The position numbers and the translations under genes are program-made. Below are positions 9,118 to 18,702 of a stretch of 36,128 nt of DNA, piece by piece; the stretch's first letter is position 1, and each line of letters opens with the position of its first letter. Origin of the DNA: Acidobacteriota bacterium (lineage in GTDB: Bacteria > Acidobacteriota > UBA6911 > JACQSX01). The stretch is from NCBI GenBank assembly GCA_036507075.1, contig DASXQR010000123.1, positions 1 through 36,128 on the forward strand. Reading direction: 5' to 3'. The notes beneath the pieces were generated by a model, which was given only the letters and a program-made list of their open reading frames with translations, was not told the origin of the DNA and ran no database searches.

Positions 9118-12100
9118 ATGTTCAATCATCGCAGATGGCTCCCTGTGAGCCTTCTTGTCCTGACTTTCGCGGCGTGGTCGGCGTATGGGCAGTCCGACAG
9201 CTCGCAGATTTCCGGTTATGTGAAGGACTCGTCCGGCGCTGTAATTCCGGGCGCCACCGTCACTGTGAAGAACGAAACGCGGGACTTTCGGCGCGATGCC
9301 GTTACAAATGACGCCGGATACTACGTCGTTGCGAACGTACCGCCGGGACTTTATACAGTTTCGGTTGAGTTGAGCGGATTCAAGCGTTTTGAAACTACTC
9401 ACAAAAAGGTCGATCCGGCTATCCCTACCACTGTGGATGCGACTCTGGAGGTCGGAGAAATTTCGCAAACTGTCTCTGTCACCGCTTCCACCACCAACGT
9501 TCAGACAGAAACGGCAACGCTGGGCAAGCTGGTCGATGCGTCGCAGATTCAATACATGCAACTGAATGGCCGCAATCCGATTTTTTTGGCGCTTCTGAAG
9601 CCTGGCGTGAGCAGTAATACTACTCTCGGTGGGTTCAATTTCGGACTCACCACCGGTGGTTTGAACATCAATGGTTCACGCACGCAGGACAACCTGATTA
9701 CCTTTGATGGCGCCGTGGCTGTGCGAACTCGTTCCAACGGAACCAGCATCGGCGCCGCCGATGTAGATGCCGTGCAGGAAGTGCAGATTTTGACCGCTGA
9801 CTACAATCCCGAATATGGTCGCTCGGCAGGAGGTCAGATTCGCATCGTGACCAAGAGCGGCACGCGCGATTTTCACGGGACCATGTATGAGTTCATGCGC
9901 AACTCTGCGTTTGACGCCAACACATGGGCGCGAAATAAACTGAACCCCTTTAAAGACAAACCCTGCGAACAGTTTTCGAAGGAAAACCACTGCCGGCCTG
10001 AACCCTTGCGCTACAACCAGTTCGGTTACAACGCAAGCGGTCCGATACTGCTTCCGTTCACGAACTACAACTCAGACCGGAACAAGTTGTTTTGGTTGTG
10101 GGGCCAGGAATGGGTGCGGCAGCGACGAGCGTCAACAACCATCACCACGGTTCCATCTTTGAAGATGCGCCAGGGTGACTTCAGCGAGCTGCTCAATCCG
10201 GCCAACCAGTTTTTTAATCGCGCGATCGTAATCAGGGATCCCAATACAAACCAGCCCTTGCCCGGTAATATAATCCCGGCAAATTTGCTCAGTCCAAACG
10301 GTCTGGCATTGCTGCGGGCCTATCCTGAGCCGACGCCGAATTATAACTCCGGGACCTCGGCCAATTTTTTCCAGGAGCGGCCCACCACGACCGATCAGCG
10401 CAAGGACACCGTATCGATAGATTTCTATCCTTCAGAGAAGCATCAGTTCCGATTCCGCCGGCAGATGTACCATTTCGTGGATACCAGCGCCTTTCGCGGC
10501 AATACGGACCGCGCACCGCAGATCATCACGCGGCCTAATCAGACAACATCGTTGAACTGGGTTTGGACGATGTCACCCACCTGGGTCAACGAGATGCTGT
10601 TGACCGGCAGCCGTGACCAGGTGTTCATTGCCGTTGACACGCGCGGCGATCGTTACAAGCGCAGCATTTACGGAATCAACTACCGCTACATTTTCCCCGA
10701 CCGCAAAGAAATCACCGACAAGATCCCCACGGTTAACTTTCCCCAGGTGATTACCGATCTTGACGGCGGGCCTTATCCCTCGAGTTCGACTGGTCCGATC
10801 TATGACGCTTCCAATAACGTCACCAAGATCATGGGCAATCATACGATCAAGTTTGGCGGCCTCTTTGAAAGATCCGGCCAGAATGACTTTGATCAGATCA
10901 ATGTATCTGGAGTTCCCGGTGGGACCAATAATCAGAACGGTCGTTTTGAATTCAGGGACCTCCGCCCGGGTTCAACCACATCGGGTCTGGCTCTGTCGAA
11001 TGCAGCGATGGGTCTGTTCAGTTCTTATGCGGAGATTGGAGTGCGTTCCTTTACTCCCTATCGCGGCCACATGTTCGAATGGTTCGCGCAAGACTCCTGG
11101 AAGGTTCGTCCGAATCTGAGGGTCGAGTTCGGCGTGCGCCACAGCATCATCCAGCCCTACTACAGCCTCTGGCGGAATATGGTCGTCTTCGATTCGAAGT
11201 TTTATGATCCGTCGATTGCGGTCACTTTGGACCGGACGTCCGGTTTTATCACCAGCGGCGATCTCAAGGCCCGTTACAACGGCCTGGTATTTCCTGGCAG
11301 CGGATGGCCGGACGCCGCCAAGGGCCGCATTCCGATCGCAACCTCGGGTGAGTATAACTTCATGTTCCGCGGGGTTCCCAAGCAGTACTCTCAGATCCAT
11401 AAGACGCTCTTCCAGCCGCGCTTGGGCTTTGCTTATTCCATCAATCCGAAAATGGTAGTCCGCGCTGGCGTGGGTCGCTTTGTCACGCGCGTGGGAGTGA
11501 GCGACTCGGTATTTCTCGGCGGGAATCCTCCGCTGCAGCCGATGGTATCCATTTCTAACGGCTTGGCGGACGATCCCGGCGGCGGAAGCAACCGCGCATT
11601 CACGCAGAACATCACTACCCAGGATCCAATCTTCAAGAATCCTGAAGCATGGGCCTGGAACGTGACTGTCGAAAGGGAAGTCGGTTACGGCACGACGGTC
11701 GAAGTTGGATACGTCGGCCGGCGTGGCTTGCACGGTCAGCGGGAGCGCAACATCAACCAGTTGCAGCCCGGCACATTGTTCAGACCAGAGAACATCGGCG
11801 CGAACGCTGATTTTCTGCGGCCCTATAAAGGCTTCAATACCATCCGTGTAACCAACAACGATGCCAACTCCATGTACAACGGCTTGCAGGTCGGCGTCAC
11901 ACGGCGGTTTACCGGGGGATTCAGCTACAGTCTGGGTTACACTTATTCGAAGCTTACGGACGACGGCTCCGCTCAGCGTGACATCATTCCGAACGCGTTT
12001 GATGCCAGCAATCTGTGGGGCCCGGCGGACTACGACCGGCGTCATGTGATGGCGGTTGGGCTTCACTACGAGTTGCCCTTTTATCGTGATCCATCCACCC

Positions 12101-12603
12101 TGGCGGGAAAGTTGCTCGGCGGATGGAGAATCACGGCCGTCTCGCAGTTTCAGACGGGCACTCCCGGATCGGTTGCCACGGGAGATGATTTCGCAGGTGT
12201 GGGGCCTGGTAGCGGTTCGCAACTTTGGGTCGTCAACGGCGATTATAAGATCGATCACAGCGACCGCAAGTTTTCTGAAGGCGTATCGGACCAGAACTTC
12301 TACTTCAAGGTCAAGACCCCGGACGGCAAGGATATCTTTACTCGCCCTCAAGGGACATTCAATACGCAGGAGGTCCGCAACATTATTTACAACCCTGGTA
12401 TTCAAAATCACAACGTCGGGCTGTTCAAGGAATTCTTCATCACGGAAGGCCAGAAGGTCCAGTTCCGTGCGGAAGCCTTTAACTGGATAAACCATCCGAA
12501 TTGGGCCGGTGTGAATCGTACTCCGACTAGCAGTACCTTTGGCAAGGTGACGAGCAAGAACGATCAGCGCAATCTCCAGTTCTCGCTTCGCTACCAGTTC
12601 TAG
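9118..12603 (+). CDS. TonB-dependent receptor with an N-terminal carboxypeptidase-regulatory-like domain (Oar-like)
   Basis: AAGGAGG RBS; signal peptide; GYVKDSSGAVIPGATVTV, LNGRN, EYGRSAGGQI, FQPRLGFAY, FRAEAFN; C-terminal LRYQF outer-membrane signature. Confidence 0.92.
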   Translation: MFNHRRWLPVSLLVLTFAAWSAYGQSDSSQISGYVKDSSGAVIPGATVTVKNETRDFRRDAVTNDAGYYVVANVPPGLYTVSVELSGFKRFETTHKKVDPAIPTTVDATLEVGEISQTVSVTASTTNVQTETATLGKLVDASQIQYMQLNGRNPIFLALLKPGVSSNTTLGGFNFGLTTGGLNINGSRTQDNLITFDGAVAVRTRSNGTSIGAADVDAVQEVQILTADYNPEYGRSAGGQIRIVTKSGTRDFHGTMYEFMRNSAFDANTWARNKLNPFKDKPCEQFSKENHCRPEPLRYNQFGYNASGPILLPFTNYNSDRNKLFWLWGQEWVRQRRASTTITTVPSLKMRQGDFSELLNPANQFFNRAIVIRDPNTNQPLPGNIIPANLLSPNGLALLRAYPEPTPNYNSGTSANFFQERPTTTDQRKDTVSIDFYPSEKHQFRFRRQMYHFVDTSAFRGNTDRAPQIITRPNQTTSLNWVWTMSPTWVNEMLLTGSRDQVFIAVDTRGDRYKRSIYGINYRYIFPDRKEITDKIPTVNFPQVITDLDGGPYPSSSTGPIYDASNNVTKIMGNHTIKFGGLFERSGQNDFDQINVSGVPGGTNNQNGRFEFRDLRPGSTTSGLALSNAAMGLFSSYAEIGVRSFTPYRGHMFEWFAQDSWKVRPNLRVEFGVRHSIIQPYYSLWRNMVVFDSKFYDPSIAVTLDRTSGFITSGDLKARYNGLVFPGSGWPDAAKGRIPIATSGEYNFMFRGVPKQYSQIHKTLFQPRLGFAYSINPKMVVRAGVGRFVTRVGVSDSVFLGGNPPLQPMVSISNGLADDPGGGSNRAFTQNITTQDPIFKNPEAWAWNVTVEREVGYGTTVEVGYVGRRGLHGQRERNINQLQPGTLFRPENIGANADFLRPYKGFNTIRVTNNDANSMYNGLQVGVTRRFTGGFSYSLGYTYSKLTDDGSAQRDIIPNAFDASNLWGPADYDRRHVMAVGLHYELPFYRDPSTLAGKLLGGWRITAVSQFQTGTPGSVATGDDFAGVGPGSGSQLWVVNGDYKIDHSDRKFSEGVSDQNFYFKVKTPDGKDIFTRPQGTFNTQEVRNIIYNPGIQNHNVGLFKEFFITEGQKVQFRAEAFNWINHPNWAGVNRTPTSSTFGKVTSKNDQRNLQFSLRYQF

Positions 12604-12650
12604 GGTTCCTCTCTCCTGAAACGCAGCCCCCTCCGACCGCCAGGCCGGAT

Positions 12651-12878
12651 GGGGCTCTAACCCACAGTACCGCGATCCGTCAGGTCGCGGCGCGCCAGAA
12701 AGAATCGCCGGCGGTTTGCAAAAACGCCAACTCCGATTATCGTCCTCTCGCAATCGACTTAACGAAGGAAACTTGTGTCTGGCGCGCCGCGACCTGACGG
12801 ATCGCGGTACTGTTGGGTTAGAGACCCTCCGGTGCTGTCGGTTAGAGAGCCTCCGGTACTGTTGGGTTAGAGAGCCCC
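12651..12878. repeat. REPIN-like inverted doublet (CAGTACCGCG family) with three tandem ~25-bp terminal copies
   Basis: 12655-12699 and 12778-12823 are reverse complements with one indel; CGGTACTGTTGGGTTAGAGA-like units at 12805, 12830 and 12854. Confidence 0.85.
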
Positions 12879-12887
12879 GTTACCCCG

Positions 12888-14066
12888 TTACATTGTTAAG
12901 CGGCTGTCGGTTTGGGGAGCCGGGTCCCAGATAATCTGGTTTCTGCCGGCGCGTTTGGCTCGATAGAGAAGACGATCCGCTTCGGCTACGGTATCTTCCA
13001 GCGTTGCGCCCTGCCGCACCGGTACGACTCCGGCCGAGAAAGTGACTTTCAGCGAAGGCACCTCGGGAATCTGGAACAGGAAGTCTCCCACCGCGACGCG
13101 CGCCTTGTCCAAAGCCCGCACCGCTCCCTCAGGATCTGTGTGGGGGAAAAGGATGACAAGTTCCTCGCCTCCCCATCGTCCGAGGATGTCCGACTTGCGA
13201 AGAGAAGACGAAATAACAGAGACAACCGCGCAGAGCACGTGGTCGCCCGCTGCATGTCCGTAGGTGTCGTTTACCTGCTTGAAATCATCCAGATCGGCCA
13301 GACCAAAGCACAGCGGCTCTCCAGCGAGAAGCGCCAGAGCGGCCGTCTGAACGAAGTATTCGCGGAAGGCCGCCCGATTTGGCAGGCCTGTCAGGAAATC
13401 CTTGCGCGCATCACGCTTGATCTTTGTCACTCTCCACAGAATCGAAGACGCCGCCGCTGAAACGGCTCCCGGGTCGATCGGCTTTTCAAAGCAGGCATCC
13501 GCTCCCAGCGCGTAGCACTCCGTGACAATGGCAGGCCCCTTTTCTCCGGTAAGCACGATGACAGGAATGTGAGCCGTCCGAGAATTTTCCCGCAGGCGGA
13601 TCAGCAGGTTTCGGCCGTCGGTGTCCGGTAGAACGAGATCCAGGAATATGAGCGAGATTTTATTGTGATGCAGGATCTCTCGAGCGTCCGCGGCGGTCGT
13701 CGCAACCTTCACTTCACAGTTTTCGTGAAACAGGTTGCATTGAATCAAGTCGGCGATTTCCGGCTGATCGTCGATCACCAGGATCTTGAGTTTGTCGAGT
13801 CTTTCGTGAGTGACGCTTCGAAGGGCGGTCAGGAATTGACGCAGCTCGCGCGGCAGTTCATTTGGCGCGGCGTTCTCCACGGCAAAGGCGGTCTGATAGA
13901 GATCGGATTGCGCCTCAGGGTCGGCCGAGATCCGCACCGAGTGAGCGATGCGGCGAATCGAATCCATTGCCTCGCGAGGCTGCTCGGCCAGACTCTTGCT
14001 GGCGGCTTCCAGAGCATTGATTCGCGCAGCCAGACTTTCTCGATCAAGCCGCGTCAACAGGTTCAT
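12888..14066 (-). CDS. Response-regulator diguanylate cyclase (possible Hpt-like N-terminus, REC, GGDEF)
   Basis: ILVIDD...FLDLVLP...EKP receiver domain; DFLTGLPNR, DLDDFKQVNDTYGH, RKSD I-site and RWGGEEL active-site variant. Confidence 0.88.
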   Translation of the reverse strand: MNLLTRLDRESLAARINALEAASKSLAEQPREAMDSIRRIAHSVRISADPEAQSDLYQTAFAVENAAPNELPRELRQFLTALRSVTHERLDKLKILVIDDQPEIADLIQCNLFHENCEVKVATTAADAREILHHNKISLIFLDLVLPDTDGRNLLIRLRENSRTAHIPVIVLTGEKGPAIVTECYALGADACFEKPIDPGAVSAAASSILWRVTKIKRDARKDFLTGLPNRAAFREYFVQTAALALLAGEPLCFGLADLDDFKQVNDTYGHAAGDHVLCAVVSVISSSLRKSDILGRWGGEELVILFPHTDPEGAVRALDKARVAVGDFLFQIPEVPSLKVTFSAGVVPVRQGATLEDTVAEADRLLYRAKRAGRNQIIWDPAPQTDSRLTM

Positions 14067-14140
14067 CGCAGACTACAATCCCCCATCCTTCACATGTAGC
14101 ATGAGTCTTGTTGAGCTTGCAACATCCGGATTATTCACAG

Positions 14141-14316
14141 TCAGTACCGCGGTGCGTGAGCCCGCGGCGCGCGCATCGACCGGCTTTAGGCCTTATGCAC
14201 GCCTCCAATCGATTAGAGATGACGGTGATGCGCGCGCCGCGGGCTCACGCACCGCGGTACTGAGACGGTCGAGGCAGGTTGATCCGCCGTGCGCGGGCTG
14301 ACGCCACGCGGTACTG
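14141..14316. repeat. REPIN-like inverted doublet plus a third degenerate copy (CAGTACCGCG family)
   Basis: Perfect 37-bp inverted repeat 14141-14177 / 14227-14263; third copy at 14292-14316. Confidence 0.88.
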
Positions 14317-14466
14317 TTAAGGCGAGCCGGCTTACCTGTTGCCACCACGCCCTTGCGTGGCGCGGCTCGGCGCTTCGCGTGCGGGCCTGGGGTGCGTGCT
14401 CCCTTTGTGGTGGATTTCTTTACACGGCTCACGTAAGCTTCGGCCGCTCTGAACAATCTCCGGGAC

Positions 14467-15789
14467 ATGAACACTCACTCTTCTGCCGAACGCCTCCGGC
14501 GCGGTCAGATTCAGGTGGCGGCGACCGCGTTTCTGGCGCTGTTTTCAATCGTGGGGCTCGCCCTGTACGGGCTGCCGTTGTATTACGACTTCATGGTGCG
14601 CGAGTACGGCTGGAGTCGTACCCAGGTCACCTCAGGAAATGCTTTCAGCAAACTTCTGGTCGGTCCGCTGTTTGGATTTATTGCCGGGTGGATCGTCGAC
14701 CGGTTCGGACCACGGAGGTTGATGCTGGCGGGAATACTGATGGCGGGAGTGGCCTTGATCGGGCTGAGCGCTATGTCCAGCCTGTGGATGTTCTACTTTT
14801 TTTACCTCTTCAATGCCCTCGGCTACGTCTGCGGAGGTCCGCTTCCCTGTCAGGTATTACTGGCCAGGTGGTTTGATCGCTCACGCGGAAAAGCGATGGG
14901 GTTTGCCTATCTGGGAATCGGGATAGGAGGGGCGCTGGTTCCATGGCTTTCATACTGGCTGACAAAACAGTATGGCTGGCATGTTTCGCTTGGAGCGCTC
15001 GGAGCTTTGATTGTTGCTATCGCCTTTCCAATGGCCTTCTTCATTAAAGAGTCTCCAGAGGCCGCCGGAGTTCAGCCTGAACGGGAGAATAAAGAGCGTG
15101 CGGGCGCGGGACACGACGCAGCGGCCGCTGCGTCCAATCCCGGGCTTTCCACGCTGCAAGTTGAATCCTCCGGCCGTCCGGCGCAACAGCCGGTTGCTTC
15201 GATGAAAGGGATCTTCAATCGATTGCCGTTTTATCTTCTCGCCTTCGGCAGTATGGCTTCCATCGGCGCAGTGGGAGGCGCAAACCAGCATCTGAAGCTC
15301 TTTCTCAGCCTCGATCAGCGCTACGCGCAGGCGGAAATTGCCAGGATCGTTTCGCTTGTGCTCACTGCCAGCATCATCGGGCGTTTGCTGATGGGATGGA
15401 TGGCTGATCACTTTCCCAAAAAGTACGTGATGCTTTTGATTTATCTGATCGTGGGCTCGGCCATCCCACTGCTGTTTTTTGCTTCCACTCCGGGAGTAAT
15501 GTATCTGTTTGCTTTTGTGTTTGGAATCGGGCTGGGCGGCGATTACATGATCATTCCGTTGATGGCGGCCGAATTGTTCGGTGTTCGCGTTCTGGGGAGG
15601 ATCATGGGGGTGATTCTGACTGCCGACGGTGTTGCGGAAGCCCTGGCGCCGATGCTGGTCGGCTTTATCCGAGATCAGACTAAAACCTATTCGGTCGGGT
15701 TTGCCGTTCTAATCGGTTTGGCATTAGTCGGAGCAGTCGCGGTCGCGTTCCTGCCTTCCTCTAAAGTCGAAAGTCAAAGGTCTGTCTGA
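14467..15789 (+). CDS. MFS transporter
   Basis: About 12 hydrophobic segments; motif A GWIVDRFGPRR; WFDRSRGKAMG; central hydrophilic loop. Confidence 0.9.
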   Translation: MNTHSSAERLRRGQIQVAATAFLALFSIVGLALYGLPLYYDFMVREYGWSRTQVTSGNAFSKLLVGPLFGFIAGWIVDRFGPRRLMLAGILMAGVALIGLSAMSSLWMFYFFYLFNALGYVCGGPLPCQVLLARWFDRSRGKAMGFAYLGIGIGGALVPWLSYWLTKQYGWHVSLGALGALIVAIAFPMAFFIKESPEAAGVQPERENKERAGAGHDAAAAASNPGLSTLQVESSGRPAQQPVASMKGIFNRLPFYLLAFGSMASIGAVGGANQHLKLFLSLDQRYAQAEIARIVSLVLTASIIGRLLMGWMADHFPKKYVMLLIYLIVGSAIPLLFFASTPGVMYLFAFVFGIGLGGDYMIIPLMAAELFGVRVLGRIMGVILTADGVAEALAPMLVGFIRDQTKTYSVGFAVLIGLALVGAVAVAFLPSSKVESQRSV

Positions 15790-16039
15790 GAGTCGAAAGT
15801 TGTAAAGCCCACGTTGGTCCGTTGTCATTTGTCCGTTGTCAGTTGTCCGTGGTCCCGTTGTCAGTGGTCCGTTGTCAGTGGTCCGTTGTCGGGTTTCCGT
15901 TGTATGGTTGCGCTTTGAACGTTACGGATTGATAACAGATACACACACCGAACTATCCCAGCACAACCGACAACAAACCACGGACAACTGACCACGGACC
16001 ACGGACAACTGACAACGGACCTTCAGACTTTCGACCTTT
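15763..16039. repeat. Nested palindromic heptamer elements
   Basis: Outer AAAGTCG arms (15763-15800 / 16025-16039) enclose an inner GTCCGTT/GTCAGTG array (15816-15903) and its reverse complement (15963-16021). Confidence 0.85.
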
Positions 16040-17810
16040 AGTTCAGTCCCGCCGCTTTCAGGACTTCATCCGCAGTGAGGGCTCGCTTTTCAGTTTTGAT
16101 TCCCGGGAGCGAAAAGGAATCGCCGGCGTTGTGGACCAGCAGCCTCCCCCGAGAAGCTTGAGCCGCCGTTTGAAAATCCCCCGCGCGGCGTAGCCCCGGG
16201 ATATACAGTTTTTCGACAAAATCGTCGTCCGAAGAGTTGTTGAACCGTCCAATATTGATCACGGCCGCGTCAACCTGCGCTACCGCCTGGGCCAGCAGGG
16301 CGGCCGGACCCGCTTCGCCGTCCGCGATTAGAACCAATCTTGCGGGTCCTTCTTTTCGCGCATTGGCGATTTCAACGGCAATGTCAAAGACACGCTGGGC
16401 GGCTTCCGAGCGGTTATAGGTTTCAAAATGGGAAATCCTGGATGCGGCATCCCGATTGAACGGGGTAAAGCGCACCTGCCGCACCTGCGCGCTCCCCAAC
16501 GCAGGAGGGCGACCCCAGCCGCTCTCCGAATCCCCCGCCAGGACGACCACTGTCTTGGCGCGCCCGCTCTTGTTGGCGCCGGGCGAACTCCCGGATGGGG
16601 GAGCGACAGTGATCGAACTGGTGTCGTCCGGTGCGGCAAGCGCGTGCCGGAGCGCATGCTGCAGCAGCGCGGGATCGGAAGCGATCAATTGCCGTCGCGC
16701 TGCGGAAAACCAGTTTTGAGTCAATTGTTCCGAGGTGACTGCGCCAGGCGGCAACGGGCGGTCATAAAATACCAGCAGGTCGCGCAGTTTTTCCGTCTGG
16801 AATTCCTTTTCCGTTACTTTCACGTCTGCCGGCGCGTTCTGGAGCCAGCGGGCCATCCAGGCGTAAACAGCTTCACGGCTTTCCTGATTGTAATTGTGCG
16901 GGGCGCGGATCTGCAGCGCGTGGACGCGGCCTTCTGCGCCAAACAGCGCGTAGAACTTGCGCATCTCGGGGTACTCCAGTTTCATGGTTTCGCCGGTCCA
17001 GTCGCCCGATGCGGAAACCATCAGCAATGGGCGGGGCGCGATGCACGCGGACAGTTCGACATTGTTCGTGTCGATTCTAAGGCCGGGAGGATTTTCACAC
17101 AGGCATCCACCCTGCATGTGCAGGGAGATCATATTCACGGGAGCAGCCACCTTCACTCGATCATCCACAGCAGCAAGCAGGAAGGTTTGGGTCCCGCCTC
17201 CGGAGGCGCCGGTACAGGCAATTCGGTTACGATCCACTTCGGGGAGCGATTCCAGGAAATCGACTGAGCGGATGCTGTTCCACAATTGAAGGCCGGCCAG
17301 ACTCAGGCCCCAGAGATTCTCGCGCTTCCCGCCGAAGCGGTGCGTGAGTTGCCGGCTGTCGTTGTATCCGATCATGTCATACGTGAAAACGACAAATCCC
17401 ATGCGGGCCAGGTTGATGGCGCGACCGGGTACCGAGGCCAGCGATGTATTCTCCAGCCGGCCGTAGGCCCAGTGTCCATGAGGCGAAAGCACGGCAGGGA
17501 ACGGCCCTGACCCGGCCGGCTTGTACAAGTTGCCGGTTACAAAGAATCCCGGAAGGCTTTCAAAGTAGACTTTGAATACAGAGTAATCGCGACGCTGCTG
17601 TGGTTCAAAGACGACGGCGTTGAGGGGAGTCTTTTCGGGCATCGGCAAAAGACCTGCGGATGCAAGAATGTGCTCGCGCAGATAATGAGCGCGCTGTTGC
17701 CAGGCCTGCAGCGACGGGTAACCGGCCACGGTGAAGCGATCATCCAGCGTGTGGTACTGGGCGGCCAGGAGCGCTGGCACTAAAAACAGGAGAAGAAGCC
17801 ATCTCTTCAT
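16038..17810 (-). CDS. Secreted alpha/beta hydrolase (acetylxylan-esterase-like)
   Basis: Signal peptide MKRWLLLL; PAVLSPHGH; nucleophile elbow GASGGG; GGCLCEN; HNYN. Confidence 0.8.
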   Translation of the reverse strand: MKRWLLLLFLVPALLAAQYHTLDDRFTVAGYPSLQAWQQRAHYLREHILASAGLLPMPEKTPLNAVVFEPQQRRDYSVFKVYFESLPGFFVTGNLYKPAGSGPFPAVLSPHGHWAYGRLENTSLASVPGRAINLARMGFVVFTYDMIGYNDSRQLTHRFGGKRENLWGLSLAGLQLWNSIRSVDFLESLPEVDRNRIACTGASGGGTQTFLLAAVDDRVKVAAPVNMISLHMQGGCLCENPPGLRIDTNNVELSACIAPRPLLMVSASGDWTGETMKLEYPEMRKFYALFGAEGRVHALQIRAPHNYNQESREAVYAWMARWLQNAPADVKVTEKEFQTEKLRDLLVFYDRPLPPGAVTSEQLTQNWFSAARRQLIASDPALLQHALRHALAAPDDTSSITVAPPSGSSPGANKSGRAKTVVVLAGDSESGWGRPPALGSAQVRQVRFTPFNRDAASRISHFETYNRSEAAQRVFDIAVEIANARKEGPARLVLIADGEAGPAALLAQAVAQVDAAVINIGRFNNSSDDDFVEKLYIPGLRRAGDFQTAAQASRGRLLVHNAGDSFSLPGIKTEKRALTADEVLKAAGLN

Positions 17811-17944
17811 CACGAATTAACACGAATTAACACGAATTTCACGAATCTTTCAATAGTTTCGTGGAATAATTCTTGAAAGTTTGTGAGCTGTATCCGAAAT
17901 CATTAAAGATTCGTGTTAATTCGTGAAATTCGTGTTAATTCGTG
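17811..17944. repeat. Palindromic array element, CACGAATT family (copy 2)
   Basis: CACGAATTAA x2, CACGAATTT and CACGAATCTTT (17811-17850) / AAAGATTCGTG...AATTCGTG (17905-17944). Confidence 0.9.
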
Positions 17945-17963
17945 ATCTACAGGAGGAAGTGGA

Positions 17964-18395
17964 ATGTTTACAAGAAGGGACTTGATGACAGCGCTGATGG
18001 CGTCATTTGCGACACTTACTTTGGTGCTCGCGCTGGAGAAAGCGGAGCCGTCTATTCTGCACTCGACTGTATTTGATTGGAACAGCGTTGAGGTCAAGCC
18101 TACCAAAGTTGGTGCACGGCGCAGTTTTTTTCAAACACCGACAGCAACTCTGAAGGAGCTTGAAATGCACGTAACGACGCTGAATCCGGGCCAGGAACCG
18201 CATCCTCCGCATAAGCACCCGGAAGAAGAGATGATCATCGTCAAAGAAGGCACGATTGAGTCGACCCTGAACGGAGTATCCCGGCCGGCCGGGCCAGGGT
18301 CTGTGGTCTTCCAGGCATCCAATGAAATGCATGGCATTCGGAATACCGGCAGCGGCCAGGCCACGTATTACGTCATTAAGTTCGTTCCAAAGTAA
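17964..18395 (+). CDS. Cupin domain protein (possible Tat signal)
   Basis: AGGAGG RBS; TRRDL N-terminus; HPPHKHPEEE and HGIRN cupin motifs. Confidence 0.85.
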   Translation: MFTRRDLMTALMASFATLTLVLALEKAEPSILHSTVFDWNSVEVKPTKVGARRSFFQTPTATLKELEMHVTTLNPGQEPHPPHKHPEEEMIIVKEGTIESTLNGVSRPAGPGSVVFQASNEMHGIRNTGSGQATYYVIKFVPK

Positions 18396-18399
18396 GCTG

Positions 18400-18702
18400 A
18401 TGACCTTCGAGGAATTCCAGTCGTCGCTGAAATCAGACAAACAGCCTCCCGAAGGCTTGTCGCCTGCCCTGCAGGCGCTGTGGCAGGAAGCGAAGGGAGA
18501 TTGGGACGCCGCGCACAATACAGCGCAGGATGTTGCCGGTGCCGATGGGGCGTGGGTACACGCTTACTTGCATCGAAAGGAAGGAGACATCGGGAACGCT
18601 CGCTACTGGTATGCCCGTGCCCGCAAGCCCGAATTCCAGGAAGATCTCATCAAGGAATGGGAGCACATTGTCACGGCGCTTTTAGAGAAATGTAAACCAT
18701 GA
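18400..18702 (+). CDS. Conserved hypothetical helical protein
   Basis: ATG 18400 lies 4 nt after the cupin stop; GDWDAAH...AWVHAYLHRKEGD..NARYWY motif; ATGA overlap with the next gene. Confidence 0.75.
   Translation: MTFEEFQSSLKSDKQPPEGLSPALQALWQEAKGDWDAAHNTAQDVAGADGAWVHAYLHRKEGDIGNARYWYARARKPEFQEDLIKEWEHIVTALLEKCKP

Noticed and set aside
12625..12656. Intrinsic terminator after the receptor gene
   Set aside because: An imperfect hairpin is present, but it has no U-tract and overlaps the REPIN-like element.
12805..12878. Possible mini-CRISPR array
   Set aside because: The repeats are directly adjacent without spacers, and no cas genes are present.
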